64,000 nucleotides of DNA from a virus (IMGVR_UViG_3300026549_000043:75875-139874), one strand, 5' to 3'; positions 20,345-31,146 are shown, numbered from the stretch's first letter. The notes: generated by a model from the letters alone, not told the origin. Made by a program: numbers and translations.

Positions 20345-20941
20345 ATGGCAATGACCGAACGTGAGCGCCTAGGTAGAGATGTACTTATAAGATCATTAAG
20401 TAAACATGGATATGTAACTTATGGTAAATTATTAAGTAATTTCCATTTAAATTTTACTCATGACCCATCAGTTTTAGGTTATATGGAACCAAAGGCTGGA
20501 AGGATAGTTGTTAACTCAAGCCTTGATATGGATCAAGTAGAAGTAATCATTAGACATGAAATTTTACACTTTTATTTAAACCATGCAGATAGAAGTTTGA
20601 AGAAGTTGGCATCATTAAAAGGAATTGATCCAAATAATATTGATGATATGACAGTCAAAGAATTAGAAAAAGAAATCTATGGTGATGCCGAGCAAACAGC
20701 TAACTGGGCAGCAGATTTTGATATTTCTAATCAAGGGTATACTGATAAAGATAAACAAATTATTAGAACCTTACATGGTTTAGTTACTGAAGACCACCAT
20801 TCAGATTGGGTTGATTTGTCTATGGAAGAGATGTATGAAAAACTATTAAACGAAAGAAAAAATAAACAAAAGATAGTTTATGGTGCTTTCTTTAATCCAA
20901 CTACATTTATAAGTCAGGATGGTAAAATATATGGCAAATAG
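20345..20941 (+). CDS. HEXXH metallopeptidase-like domain (DUF2201 N-terminal type)
   Basis: IIRHEILH...H and NWAADFDI; adjacent to the AAA and VWA genes. Confidence 0.75.
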   Translation: MAMTERERLGRDVLIRSLSKHGYVTYGKLLSNFHLNFTHDPSVLGYMEPKAGRIVVNSSLDMDQVEVIIRHEILHFYLNHADRSLKKLASLKGIDPNNIDDMTVKELEKEIYGDAEQTANWAADFDISNQGYTDKDKQIIRTLHGLVTEDHHSDWVDLSMEEMYEKLLNERKNKQKIVYGAFFNPTTFISQDGKIYGK

Positions 20942-21587
20942 ATTAGTAGAAAAAAGAGTTCATGGAAGATTTGTAAATGGAGTATTTGTTGATCATGACG
21001 GAAATCCAATTCCATTAGAACTTTCAAATATTGGATCTCAAGGGGGTAGTAATTCTCCAAGCAATAATAATCCTGATAATAATATCCCAGTTGATTCTGA
21101 CGAAAATACTTTAGGTAATTCTAATTACCAGTCTTCTGAGGGTGAGTCTAATGATGGAGATGAATCATCTCAAGATTCAAATAATAATCCTAGTAATGGT
21201 TCTAATTCTCAAAAACCAGGCCAGTCCTCTACAAATGGTAGTCAGCCATCTGAAGAAGAATCTGATTCTAATGATTCGAATTCTTCAAGCAGTAATTCAT
21301 CTTCAGATGATTCAAGTGAGGATGAAGGTGATTCAAGTAGTAGTCAATCTGATAATAGTAAATCAGGTGATGATTCAACCAATGATTCAAGTGGATCTAG
21401 TTCTAGTCAAGAAAATTCTTCTAGCGACCAATCTGATGATGACGATGACCAATCAGATGATGGATCTAACATGATGCCAAACATGAGTGAAAAAGAATCA
21501 CCTGATCCAAATGCCATTTATGTAGATCTTAATACTAATTTCCGTTATAAATGGAATGGAGAGGAGTTTGAGAAACTTGAAGACTAA
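20931..21587 (+). CDS. Ser/Asp/Asn-rich disordered linker protein with short structured ends
   Basis: Long low-complexity core; overlaps both neighbouring genes. Confidence 0.7.
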   Translation: MANRLVEKRVHGRFVNGVFVDHDGNPIPLELSNIGSQGGSNSPSNNNPDNNIPVDSDENTLGNSNYQSSEGESNDGDESSQDSNNNPSNGSNSQKPGQSSTNGSQPSEEESDSNDSNSSSSNSSSDDSSEDEGDSSSSQSDNSKSGDDSTNDSSGSSSSQENSSSDQSDDDDDQSDDGSNMMPNMSEKESPDPNAIYVDLNTNFRYKWNGEEFEKLED

Positions 21588-22470
21588 TTTGTTAGAAGAA
21601 TTAAACGTATACATCGATGATGATACAGGCGATGAATACGTCTATGATGGTAATAGGTTAATAAAAATAAAAGTTGGTTCACCTAAGGGTATTGGTGACA
21701 AAGGTGATGAAGATATCCAAGCTCAGGAAGAAATAGAAAGAGCTAAGGAAGCAGCTGAAGGCGGAGTACTAGAAACTAAGGATGAATTAGAAGCTAGAGT
21801 TAAAAAATTAGAAGACGCTTTAAATGATGAAGAAGTTGCTAAAGAAATTACCAATGAGACAAATGAACATGTTGCTAGAGAAAAGATCAAAAAAGAACTA
21901 GACCGTTCAGAAAGAGAATTAAAACAATTTAGAAATGATCCAATTGTTCAATTTGAAGGATCATTAAATCATTTTATTAGGAAACAAATAAAATTAGCTT
22001 CTGAACAAACCTACTCTAGATTAAATAAAAGATATGAAGGAACTGGGTTAATCAGGAAGGGCGTAAAGAAATTTGAAAGCCCTGAAATACCTTTAGTAAA
22101 TGTTTATTTTGATAGATCTGGTTCTTGGGATGAAGATAAAACTAAAGTAGGTAGACAGGCTTTAGCTACTTTAGAAAAATATATCAGAACTGGAAAATTA
22201 AAGGTAGCCATAAAATATTTTAATGATAAGGTATTTGATACTTATATCCCAAACGGAATGGGAGGTACTTATGGCTCACCAATTCTGGCTGACATTTTAG
22301 CTACTAAACCAGATAACGTTATTGTTATGACTGACTCAGACATCAGTGATTGTCAGGAATTTGTTCAAGTACCAGGTGTTGTTTGGTATTTATTTAAAGG
22401 TGGAGTTTCTGAAAATTTAAGAAGCCATTTAACTGGTAAAGTAGCAACAGAATCTTATAATTTAGATTAA
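21577..22470 (+). CDS. VWA-like domain protein
   Basis: MIDAS motif DRSGS, GGT, VIVMTD; RBS gaggag favours the TTG start at 21577 (MKTNLLEE). Confidence 0.8.
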   Translation: MKTNLLEELNVYIDDDTGDEYVYDGNRLIKIKVGSPKGIGDKGDEDIQAQEEIERAKEAAEGGVLETKDELEARVKKLEDALNDEEVAKEITNETNEHVAREKIKKELDRSERELKQFRNDPIVQFEGSLNHFIRKQIKLASEQTYSRLNKRYEGTGLIRKGVKKFESPEIPLVNVYFDRSGSWDEDKTKVGRQALATLEKYIRTGKLKVAIKYFNDKVFDTYIPNGMGGTYGSPILADILATKPDNVIVMTDSDISDCQEFVQVPGVVWYLFKGGVSENLRSHLTGKVATESYNLD

Positions 22471-22481
22471 GAGGTAATTAG

Positions 22482-23009
22482 ATGGAATTAGATAAAAATT
22501 ATGTAAAAACTGAAATACTAACAATTCCAGGTTTAAGAGAAAAAATTAGAGAAAATAAATATGACGAAGTATTTGATCTATGTAAAAGTACAGCTAAAAA
22601 AAGACAGCTAGCTGCCTCATTATACTTCGCCAAGGTTGATTTTCTAAAGTATATGACTAGAATACCAGATAGTTTGTTTAGAGAAATGGAAAATATGACT
22701 AGTATCACTATTCCAGGTAATATAAAAGAGATCGGTGATTTAGCCTTTTTTGGAACAGGACTTGAAGAAGTTAAATTTGAAGAAGGTCTCGAAAAAATTG
22801 GTAAGGGAGCCTTTTCTCAGACAAAAATTAAAGAGGTACATTTACCAAAATCTGTTAAAGAACTAGGCCAAAGTGCTCTAGGTAAGGCTGTAGTATATTG
22901 TTTTTTAACTTCAGATAAAGTTATGGGACCTGAATTTAATTTTGGCCAGTTTACAGCAAATGATGTAATAAACCAGGAAACTGGGGAATTAGTTAAGGAA
23001 CGTCGCTAA
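22482..23009 (+). CDS. BspA-type leucine-rich repeat protein
   Basis: ITIPGNIKEIGDLAF, FEEGLEKIGKGAF and LPKSVKELG repeats. Confidence 0.8.
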   Translation: MELDKNYVKTEILTIPGLREKIRENKYDEVFDLCKSTAKKRQLAASLYFAKVDFLKYMTRIPDSLFREMENMTSITIPGNIKEIGDLAFFGTGLEEVKFEEGLEKIGKGAFSQTKIKEVHLPKSVKELGQSALGKAVVYCFLTSDKVMGPEFNFGQFTANDVINQETGELVKERR

Positions 23010-23019
23010 ATTTATATAT
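23005..23019 (+). promoter_or_regulatory. GCTAAATT promoter motif
   Basis: GCTAAATTTATATAT, then RBS gaggt and ATG at 23038. Confidence 0.65.
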
Positions 23020-23037
23020 AATATAAAGAGGTAAAAC

Positions 23038-24954
23038 ATGAATAAAGAAGTTTTAAAAATGTTTTTAAACGAGGATTTAAATACTGAGGAATTAAACGAA
23101 GCTTTACCTAAGGCATTGGCCAACGCTTATAAGAATTCAGGTTTAGATCTCAAACAGAGAAAGAATATGAATCCTTATAATATAGTTGACAAGATAGATT
23201 TTCAGAATGCTCAGTATGATGAAATATCCCCTGATGAAGGAAAAGAAGTTTGGAAGGATGACCCTCAATCATTGATTCTAGTAATTACTGGAGCTGATGG
23301 TAATGATCATGCCGTAAAATTCAGAAAAGATGGCAAGGTAGATATTGACCCAAATTATGGTAACTATAGATTTGATTTACCAAGAGATAAGGCCTATGTT
23401 AAGAGAGATGGTACTAGAGTAGTAGATGTATTTAAGGCAAAGATCAATCATCTTTTGAGTATAGCTAAAAAGATCTATAAATCAAATGAACATTTGGTTA
23501 AAAAAGATCAAGACTTACTTGATACTAGAAAACAAAATCCAGAATCTCCTAGAAATACTGATTTAGATAAACGTAATATTATTTCTGATGCACAAGATGC
23601 AGGAAGAAAATCTCTAGTTTTATTAAATAAATTAAAGGATCCATATGGTGTTTTTGGAAGAAATAGAGCTCTTAAATTAATCCCAGATGAAATTAAATAT
23701 GACGAGGATACTGGAAAATCAACTTGGGTATCAAGCTATGGTGGAACTCATTCTGCTGATGAGTGGAAGTCTATGTTTATAGACTATTTCAACAGATGGG
23801 GATCAGCAGATTACGATACTTTTAATACATGGTTGGCTTATTTATTAGCTGTCCAAAAAGGTGATAGAACCTATCGTAACCCTACCGAAAAAGAAATCAA
23901 AGACTGGTATAATCTTAGTGATAACTGGAGAAAAGATGCTAAAGCTAAAATTAGATATCTAGATGCAGAACGTGCTCTAAGAGAACCTAAGGATAGAGTA
24001 ACTAAGGCTATCCACGATGCTAAACAGCTAGAATATCAATTAAAGAATTCTCAAAGTAATAAAGATTCATTTATTTCTCCAGAAAGAAGAGCTAGCAGAG
24101 AAGCTGATATTACTTGGTATATTAATAGATATAAATCACGTTTAATGGATATCCTAAAAGAATTAGAAGAATATGAAATGAGACTTGATGATTTAGATGC
24201 TGAAGATGCTAAGAAGGTTAAAGAGTTTGATGATGAAATAGCTGATTTAACTAAAAAGATCGCTGATGCAAAACAGGAGTATACAAACACTATGAATAAT
24301 GGGGCTTATACAAATTCTGCTTTCGGTAGAAAGGTACCAGAAAGTTTACAGGAAGAAAAATCATTAGATGAATTGGTTGATATCCTTGCTAACAGACGTA
24401 GCCAGAATGAAGATCTAACTGAAGATTTCACTGATGATGAAAGAAAGTTAGCTTTAGCTGAATATTTAAATATTGATCCAGAAGAAGTAGATGAATTAGA
24501 TAGATTTGATTTTGATACACCAGAAGGTGAATATTTAGTTCTCACCGAAGAGGAAGGCTATGACAGGGCTATGGATGAGGTAAAGATGACCTTAGATGAT
24601 TTAGGTTTAGAGGCCTTTACTCCTAATTTCCAGAAAGAAATTTTAGATAATTATATTAAGGATGATGTCATTGATTCTTTCATCGATGATGAAATTGAAT
24701 ATTTCGAAACACAAGAAAATGATCCAGAACAGTTAGAATATCTTAGAAGCTTAGATACAAAGGAATCTAAATTAGATTATATTAGAGATATCTTTGGAGA
24801 CTTATCCGATTTTATCGATAGTAGAGAAGCCTTAGATGAAGATGAAGTAGCAAGAGCTGCCGTTGATACTGATGGAGTTGCTCATTTCATCGCTTATTAC
24901 GATGGTGAGGAAAATGAATTAGGTAATGGCTATTTTGCTTACCGTATAAATTAA
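23038..24954 (+). CDS. Large hypothetical protein, probable internal head protein
   Basis: 638 aa; FLNED/LNEA and ESLQEE/LTED sites; coiled coil. Confidence 0.6.
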   Translation: MNKEVLKMFLNEDLNTEELNEALPKALANAYKNSGLDLKQRKNMNPYNIVDKIDFQNAQYDEISPDEGKEVWKDDPQSLILVITGADGNDHAVKFRKDGKVDIDPNYGNYRFDLPRDKAYVKRDGTRVVDVFKAKINHLLSIAKKIYKSNEHLVKKDQDLLDTRKQNPESPRNTDLDKRNIISDAQDAGRKSLVLLNKLKDPYGVFGRNRALKLIPDEIKYDEDTGKSTWVSSYGGTHSADEWKSMFIDYFNRWGSADYDTFNTWLAYLLAVQKGDRTYRNPTEKEIKDWYNLSDNWRKDAKAKIRYLDAERALREPKDRVTKAIHDAKQLEYQLKNSQSNKDSFISPERRASREADITWYINRYKSRLMDILKELEEYEMRLDDLDAEDAKKVKEFDDEIADLTKKIADAKQEYTNTMNNGAYTNSAFGRKVPESLQEEKSLDELVDILANRRSQNEDLTEDFTDDERKLALAEYLNIDPEEVDELDRFDFDTPEGEYLVLTEEEGYDRAMDEVKMTLDDLGLEAFTPNFQKEILDNYIKDDVIDSFIDDEIEYFETQENDPEQLEYLRSLDTKESKLDYIRDIFGDLSDFIDSREALDEDEVARAAVDTDGVAHFIAYYDGEENELGNGYFAYRIN

Positions 24955-24969
24955 GGAGAATTAAATATT

Positions 24970-25305
24970 ATGATTATTAATGGAATTGATGTTACCCCAA
25001 TTATTACAGCTATCATCGAAGTATTAGCCGGAGTAGTAATTACTTTAATTTCTACTAAAGTTATCCCTTATATCCATTCAAAGGTAGATCAGGAACAGCT
25101 TGAGTTTATTAAATCAGTAGTTAAAATTGCAGTTAAGGCTGCTGAGCAATTATTTGAAAAGGCTCAGGGTGCTGAAAAACTTGAATATGCCATGAATATG
25201 GTTTTATCTGCTTTAAAAGAAAAGGGTATTGAAATTAATAAGGATTTATTAAGAAGTTATATCGAGGCTGCAGTTTTAGAATTACATAGAGCTTTGGAGG
25301 ATTAA
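24970..25305 (+). CDS. Holin, LL-H-like
   Basis: N-terminal TM helix; AVKAAEQL...GAEKLEYA...IEAAV. Confidence 0.7.
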   Translation: MIINGIDVTPIITAIIEVLAGVVITLISTKVIPYIHSKVDQEQLEFIKSVVKIAVKAAEQLFEKAQGAEKLEYAMNMVLSALKEKGIEINKDLLRSYIEAAVLELHRALED

Positions 25306-25307
25306 TA

Positions 25308-26027
25308 ATGGACATTGATATTATTAATCAAGCCTGGCCTTATGTAAAAAATTACATGGACTGATATTTAAATCCTGAACTAAATACACCTGTTTCAGAA
25401 CAGGCTGAAGAAGAAGGAAAATCATTCAATGAAGTAGTAAGATATAATTTATTTGAGGATCCAGATACCTGGACAGATCCTGAAGTGGGAATAATTTATA
25501 CTGGATGGTATGAAGACCCAGATTTATATGAATACCTATCTTATTATGATGAAGATGATCCTGGTTATAGTGAATTAATTGATAGCTTAGTATCTAGGGC
25601 TAAAGACTATGTTTCTAATATTCTAGATGGTAAAGATACGAATGAAGAAATTATAACAGAAGCTAAATCAAAAAACCCAGAAGAATTAGAAATAGAGACC
25701 GAAACAATTAAATCAGATCTTGAAGACTTTGGCCCTGAAGGATTTTATGCTGTATCATTTGATAGATTCTCAAGAGAATTCCCAGAATTTACAAATACAG
25801 TAGTAAAAACTTTCTTATTAGATATGGGCATCTTAAATGAAGATGAATTAAATAACATTGATAATTTAGGTGATGAAGATGGTAATTATTGGAGTACTGG
25901 CCGATTGATTTTCCCTTCAGACTGAGAAGCTTTAATCGATGGAGCTGAAAGATTATATACTTTTAGGAAAGATAAAGGAATTCAGTGGGAAAAAATTTAT
26001 AAATCTCATTATAAACCACAAAATTAA
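25308..26027 (+). CDS. Acidic hypothetical protein (239 aa, TGA=Trp)
   Basis: RBS ggagg and ATG 25308; TGAs at 25362 and 25923; the frame ends at TAA just before a terminator. Confidence 0.65.
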
Positions 26028-26033
26028 TAAATT

Positions 26034-26066
26034 TAAAGAACTGTAGTTTACAGTTCTTTTATTTTT
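26034..26066 (+). terminator. Intrinsic terminator
   Basis: aaagaactgta-gtt-tacagttcttt plus T-rich tail. Confidence 0.75.
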
Positions 26067-26104
26067 AGTATATAATAATAATGTAAATAAAAGAGGTAGA
26101 ACTT

Positions 26105-26218
26105 ATGATAAAAGAAATTAAAAATAAAATTATGGCTTGTATTATATTATCTTTTACTGATTTATTATTACTAGTTTATTTATATATTTATATTACAACA
26201 CGAGTATTAAACCATTAA
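26105..26218 (+). CDS. 37-aa single-TM peptide in its own transcription unit
   Basis: MIKEIKNKIMACILLSFTDLLLLVYLYIYITTRVLNH; promoter cassette at 26070-26092, RBS gaggt, terminator at 26252-26281. Confidence 0.55.
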   Translation: MIKEIKNKIMACIILSFTDLLLLVYLYIYITTRVLNH

Positions 26219-26251
26219 TAGGGTTTAAACATAAAAATTTCCTCTCTTTTT

Positions 26252-26281
26252 AAAAATAGTAAACATAAGTTTACTATTTTT
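26252..26281 (+). terminator. Intrinsic terminator
   Basis: aaaaatagtaaac-ataa-gtttactattttt. Confidence 0.7.
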
Positions 26282-26305
26282 ATTGCTTTTGTATAATATC
26301 TTGTA

Positions 26306-26320
26306 GCTAAATTAATATAT
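26306..26320 (+). promoter_or_regulatory. GCTAAATT promoter motif
   Basis: GCTAAATTAATATAT upstream of the 26349 start. Confidence 0.65.
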
Positions 26321-26348
26321 AATCAATAGGAATATAAGGAGGCTTAAT

Positions 26349-27167
26349 ATGGCTAATAATATATCAGAGGAAATGGTATTACCTCTAGAAGATGGTGAAG
26401 ATCTTTTACCTGACGCAACAAAAATAGCTGATGATTCTAAGAAAGAAGATAATAAAATTCTTAAAAAAGCAGAAGACGCTGTTGAAGAAATCAATGAACC
26501 AAAGGGAGTAGATACTCCAGAAGAAGTTGAATTAAAAGTTATTCAGGAAAGCTTAATCCTTAGAGAAGATTTAGATGACGGCGAATATTTTGATTTAGTC
26601 CATGATTTATATCATGCTATGTTACCAGTCTGCAAAAAATATGCTAGATATACTGATGCTAACTATGAAGATTTTGAAAGAGCTATCTCTGAAGCATCTG
26701 AAAGATTAATCGAAGATGAATCTGATCTATGGGAATCTTTAGATGAAGACGTAAATAATCATAACTTAAAAAATGATGTTTATAATTCTCTGTCAGATGT
26801 AGCTTATAATTATGAAGTTGAGAAAGAAGTCCCAGTAACTAAAAATGATTTTAAGGAAGCTACTGATTATTTTATTGATAAGTTTTTTGAATCAGTAGAT
26901 GAATCAGCAGATACTAATGACGTTTTGGAAGAAGATTTTAAATTAATTAAACCTTTATCTGATTATCAACCTTGGTCAGGTGCTATTCAGACATGGTCAT
27001 TAATTAAAGATGCAAATAAGTTAGATGAACTTGATTCATTATTAGAAGAAGTTTACCCTGAGGGTTTAGATGAAACTGAACTTAATGATTTATTATGGTT
27101 TGAACCTGAGTGGATTCTTGAATCACTTGGGATAAGTGATGAGGATATGTATAGTAATGAAGACTAA
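26349..27167 (+). CDS. Acidic hypothetical protein, probable internal head protein
   Basis: NISEE, IQES, WESLDE and FESVDES sites; C-terminal PWSGA...LNDLLWFE domain. Confidence 0.6.
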   Translation: MANNISEEMVLPLEDGEDLLPDATKIADDSKKEDNKILKKAEDAVEEINEPKGVDTPEEVELKVIQESLILREDLDDGEYFDLVHDLYHAMLPVCKKYARYTDANYEDFERAISEASERLIEDESDLWESLDEDVNNHNLKNDVYNSLSDVAYNYEVEKEVPVTKNDFKEATDYFIDKFFESVDESADTNDVLEEDFKLIKPLSDYQPWSGAIQTWSLIKDANKLDELDSLLEEVYPEGLDETELNDLLWFEPEWILESLGISDEDMYSNED

Positions 27168-27456
27168 ACTTATATTAAAAGAAGATGACAATCAGGTTGA
27201 AGAAATCCCTGAAGAGAAGTTAGTAGAATTAAATATTACATCATTTGTTACTGATTTAATTAAAAATAAATGGGAACAGGTAGATAATATAAATGGTATT
27301 TTAGTAACTACTCCTAAGGATAATTTCGAATTAATTGATACCTTAAAAAGTATCATTGATGATGAATACGTTCACATTGGTCAATTGGAAAAGATCATCC
27401 AAGGCATCAACCCAGAGGCTGTGGCTCTGGATTCAGAGGATGTAGAAATCAAATAA
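27157..27456 (+). CDS. Hypothetical protein (ferritin-like helical motif)
   Basis: MKTKLILKED start after RBS gagga; SIIDDEYVHIGQLE. Confidence 0.55.
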   Translation: MKTKLILKEDDNQVEEIPEEKLVELNITSFVTDLIKNKWEQVDNINGILVTTPKDNFELIDTLKSIIDDEYVHIGQLEKIIQGINPEAVALDSEDVEIK

Positions 27457-27491
27457 TAAAAATCCTACATCCATAAAGAGAGGTATTAATT

Positions 27492-27974
27492 ATGGATTTT
27501 AAACAGATAACAATAGGAGATATTTTAATCTTTTTAGGGGTAATTGCTGCTTTCTATTCATTTTATAAAATGATAAAAGAACTAAGGAAGCCTAGAGAAG
27601 AAAAAGAAAAAAAGATCGGAAATGATCTCAAGGAGCACAAAGAAATATTAACCAAGCATGAGGTTGTGTTAGAGGAACATACTGTAAAACTAAATAAGAT
27701 AGATGACTCATTAAATACTATATCTGAAGATATTAAAGAATCATCTGAATATACTAAAGAAAGCGATGACCTAATTAAAACGGCATTGTGCGCAATGCAA
27801 AGACAATCATTATTAAATGCATGTGAAAAGTACATTAAAAATGGCTTTGCTACTTTAGAACAGAAGGAAACGGTATCTTCTCAATATGAATCATATCACA
27901 ATCTAGGCGGTAATAGCTTTATGACAAAATTATATGAACAGGTAATGGAATTACCTATTAGTAAGGGTGAATAA
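27492..27974 (+). CDS. Membrane-anchored coiled-coil phage protein (holin-associated type)
   Basis: N-terminal TM helix, coiled coil, YESYHNLGGN motif. Confidence 0.6.
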   Translation: MDFKQITIGDILIFLGVIAAFYSFYKMIKELRKPREEKEKKIGNDLKEHKEILTKHEVVLEEHTVKLNKIDDSLNTISEDIKESSEYTKESDDLIKTALCAMQRQSLLNACEKYIKNGFATLEQKETVSSQYESYHNLGGNSFMTKLYEQVMELPISKGE

Positions 27975-28346
27975 ATGGCTAACTATATTGTTTGAAAAAA
28001 TAATGTAATTTCAATGGTTAGGGGAGATAACTTTTCTAATACTTTTGATTTGAATAAATATTTAGATAGTCATATCTTAGAACAATTGAGTTTAAATGGA
28101 GGAACTCTATATTTTGGATTAATGTATCCAAATTCTCATTTTGAAGATTCTATTATTATTAAAGAGTATGTCCTAGAAGAATCTAGCGAAGATTATGAAG
28201 TAACCATCTTATTATCTCCAGATGATACTGAATTATTAATTCCAGGTACTTATTATTATACTCTTAAATTAGAAATTCAAGGTGGTTCAGAACCTAGTCA
28301 GGTTTATACATTAATACCTAAAACTAAATTTTTAATTATCGATTAA
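27975..28346 (+). CDS. BppU-like baseplate/fibre-attachment protein (TGA=Trp)
   Basis: MANYIV(W)KNNVISMVRGD parallels the neighbour's MVTVKNNNIVMTRGD; LSPDDTELLIPGTYYY. Confidence 0.6.
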
Positions 28347-28361
28347 TTAAAGGAGGGTACA

Positions 28362-28850
28362 ATGGTAACTGTAAAAAATAATAACATAGTTATGACCAGA
28401 GGAGACTCTTTAAATTTAAAGGTTGCTATTATAAAAAGAAAGTCTGTATCAGGTGCAGGGCCATCTGATAGGCCTACTCCAATTCCTAGCGGAAAAGAAA
28501 TAATAGAGCCAGGTTCTACTGATTTAGAAAATTGTGAAGTTAAATTTGCTATGAGTAGATTTTTTCCTGGCCAGGTAAAATATAAACTTTTATTAACAAA
28601 GGATATTCCAACTTCTACTTTAGGTTTAATTTTAGACCCAAAGGATACTAAGGATATTCCTCTAGGAATATATAATTATGATGTAAAGTTAAAAACTCCT
28701 AAGCCAATTTCTGAACAGGAAGACTCAGAAGATTTATGGTATATTGACACCTTTATTTCTGGCACAATCCAATTAATAGGTGAGTGCGAAGGAGAAGAAG
28801 GTGTAGTTAACGACTATATTCATGAGGATGGCGTAAATGGCAATATCTAA
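28362..28850 (+). CDS. BppU-like structural protein
   Basis: MTRGDSL...LDPKDTKDIPLGIYNYDV; paralogue of the upstream gene. Confidence 0.6.
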   Translation: MVTVKNNNIVMTRGDSLNLKVAIIKRKSVSGAGPSDRPTPIPSGKEIIEPGSTDLENCEVKFAMSRFFPGQVKYKLLLTKDIPTSTLGLILDPKDTKDIPLGIYNYDVKLKTPKPISEQEDSEDLWYIDTFISGTIQLIGECEGEEGVVNDYIHEDGVNGNI

Positions 28851-31146
28851 TAGAATAAATAAATCAGAATTATCTGGATTTTTAATAAGGGATGAATTAA
28901 TAACCACGGGTGACTTAGTTAGTGATAACTTAGGTACCGGTGGGCTTTTGACTGTTGGAGATCGTGGAATTGATGGATTTTCTCCCATTATAAAAGTTAC
29001 CCAGATAGAATCTAGTGAAGGTAAACTTGGTTATATTTTAAATATTACTGACATTAATAATCCTTATGAAGGTAATAATTACGAAATTTGAAATGGTACC
29101 GGGATATCTGATGTATCATTAGATGACGAATATCATTTAGTTATTAATTTTGATGATGGTACTCAATGGATTTCTCCTTTAAGTATTAGAGGCCCACAAG
29201 GCGAGCAGGGAATTCAAGGTGAACAAGGTATTCAAGGTGAAAAGGGTGACAAAGGAGATCCATTCACCTATGAGGATTTTACTCCTGAACAACTAGAAGG
29301 TCTAAGAGGACCGCAGGGTATCCAAGGTGAAACTGGACCTGTAGGCCCGCAAGGACCTCAGGGTATCCAAGGAGAAACTGGTCCAGTAGGACCTCAGGGC
29401 CCTAAGGGAGATACTGGTGATACAGGCCCTAAGGGAGATACTGGTGAAACTGGTCCACAAGGTCCTAAGGGAGACAAAGGTGATCCGTTCACTTATTCAG
29501 ATTTTACACCTGAGCAATTAGAAGGCTTGAGAGGACCACAAGGTCCTAAGGGAGATAAAGGCGATACCGGAGAAACAGGACCGCAAGGACCGCAAGGTGA
29601 ACCTTTTACTTATGATGATTTTACACCTGAGCAATTAGAATCTCTTAGAGGTCCTCAAGGTATACAAGGTGAAAAAGGTGACCCATTTACTTATTCAGAC
29701 TTTACACCAGAACAGTTAGAATCACTTAGAGGTCCTCAAGGTCCACAAGGTATACAAGGTCCACAAGGTATACAGGGTATTCAAGGTGAAACTGGCCCTA
29801 CAGGTAATGGAATTCAAGATATAAATTATTATTATGCAGTATCTGAAACTCAGGTAGCTCCACCAGCAGCTGAGATTACCAGTACAACAATACCAACTCT
29901 AAGTAATACTGATAAATATCTTTGGGCTAAGGAAGTTATTTCTTATACTAATTCAACAACTAAAACTTTAGTTCTGTTATTAGCTATTTACGGAGACCAA
30001 GGTATTCAGGGTATTCAAGGACCACAGGGCATTCAAGGTATTCAGGGCGAAACCGGTCCACAAGGACCTAAGGGCGACCCATTTACTTATGAAGATTTTA
30101 CTCCACAGCAGTTAGAAGATTTAACTGGTCCTCAAGGGCCTAAGGGCGAAACCGGTCCACAGGGACCTAAAGGTGATGCCTTTACTTACGAAGACTTTAC
30201 TCCACAGCAACTTGAAGATTTAACTGGTCCGCAAGGCCCAGAAGGACCACAAGGACCTGAAGGCCCACAGGGTCCTCAAGGCGAAAAGGGTGAAAGAGGC
30301 GAACCTGGAAGGTCTGGAAGCTATGAAGCTGGTAATTATATTGATATTACTGGAGAAGTTATTTCAGCTATTCCAATGTATGAAGCTGGAGATAATATTA
30401 CTATTACTGCTGACTCAACTTCATCTGAAATCCCTAATATTTATAGAGAAATATCTTATATCCAAGGTGATGGCACTCAATATATAATTACAGGGGTACA
30501 ATATGATCCTAATAGTAATTATGAATTATCAACTACAATTAGAACCTCAGCTTCTCAGACAACTGCTACATCTTCTGGATGAAGTAATGGTGGAGCAGTC
30601 TGCTTTGATTTAAAAAATGGTAATTTATTTTATTCTAATGGAGACGGCAGTACTACTAATATTGCTGCTGCTACAAAAACAAAGGTTACCATTTCAATAG
30701 ATAACACAAATAATACTTCTGATTATAACTATATACCTGAAGGGGTTAGTGTTTATTCTGATTCTAGAAGTAATTCAGGATTATTACCTACTACTAACTA
30801 TCCATTATTAGCTTACACCGATTCCAATGGAATAGCTGGTCAAATGAGTGGTTCAATTTATAGATTCACAGCTAAAAAGGACGGAGTATTAATTGGAGAC
30901 TATGTACCAGTACAAAGGATCTCTGATAATGAAGTAGGTTTATACGATATAATAAATAATGTATTTTATATTAATTCAGGTACCGGAAAGTTTACTGCCA
31001 GAGAGTTAGTAGCTCCAACATATACTATTTCTTCAACAGATACAACTTATTCAGCTGGAAATGGTATTACTATTTCAAATCAGAATGTCATATCTATTAA
31101 AGAAGTATTATTATTAGATTGCGGTACAAGTGTTATAAATATGTAA
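28837..31146 (+). CDS. Collagen-like (Gly-X-Y) fibre protein, 769 aa with TGA=Trp
   Basis: TGAs at 29089 and 30580 join three track ORFs; GPQG runs are interrupted by repeated [15 protein letters not shown] units; C-terminal DYVPVQR...GLYD domain. Confidence 0.85.

Noticed and set aside
3882-20941. TAG reassignment (code 15)
   Set aside because: TAGs at 3882, 18453 and 20324 are followed within a few codons by TAA and by new RBS/start sites, so TAG behaves as a stop.
20919-21587. Programmed frameshifts or sequencing errors fusing the peptidase, linker and VWA ORFs
   Set aside because: Each downstream ORF has a plausible start and propeptide-like leader, and the junction motifs are duplicated rather than continuous. 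Not formally excluded.
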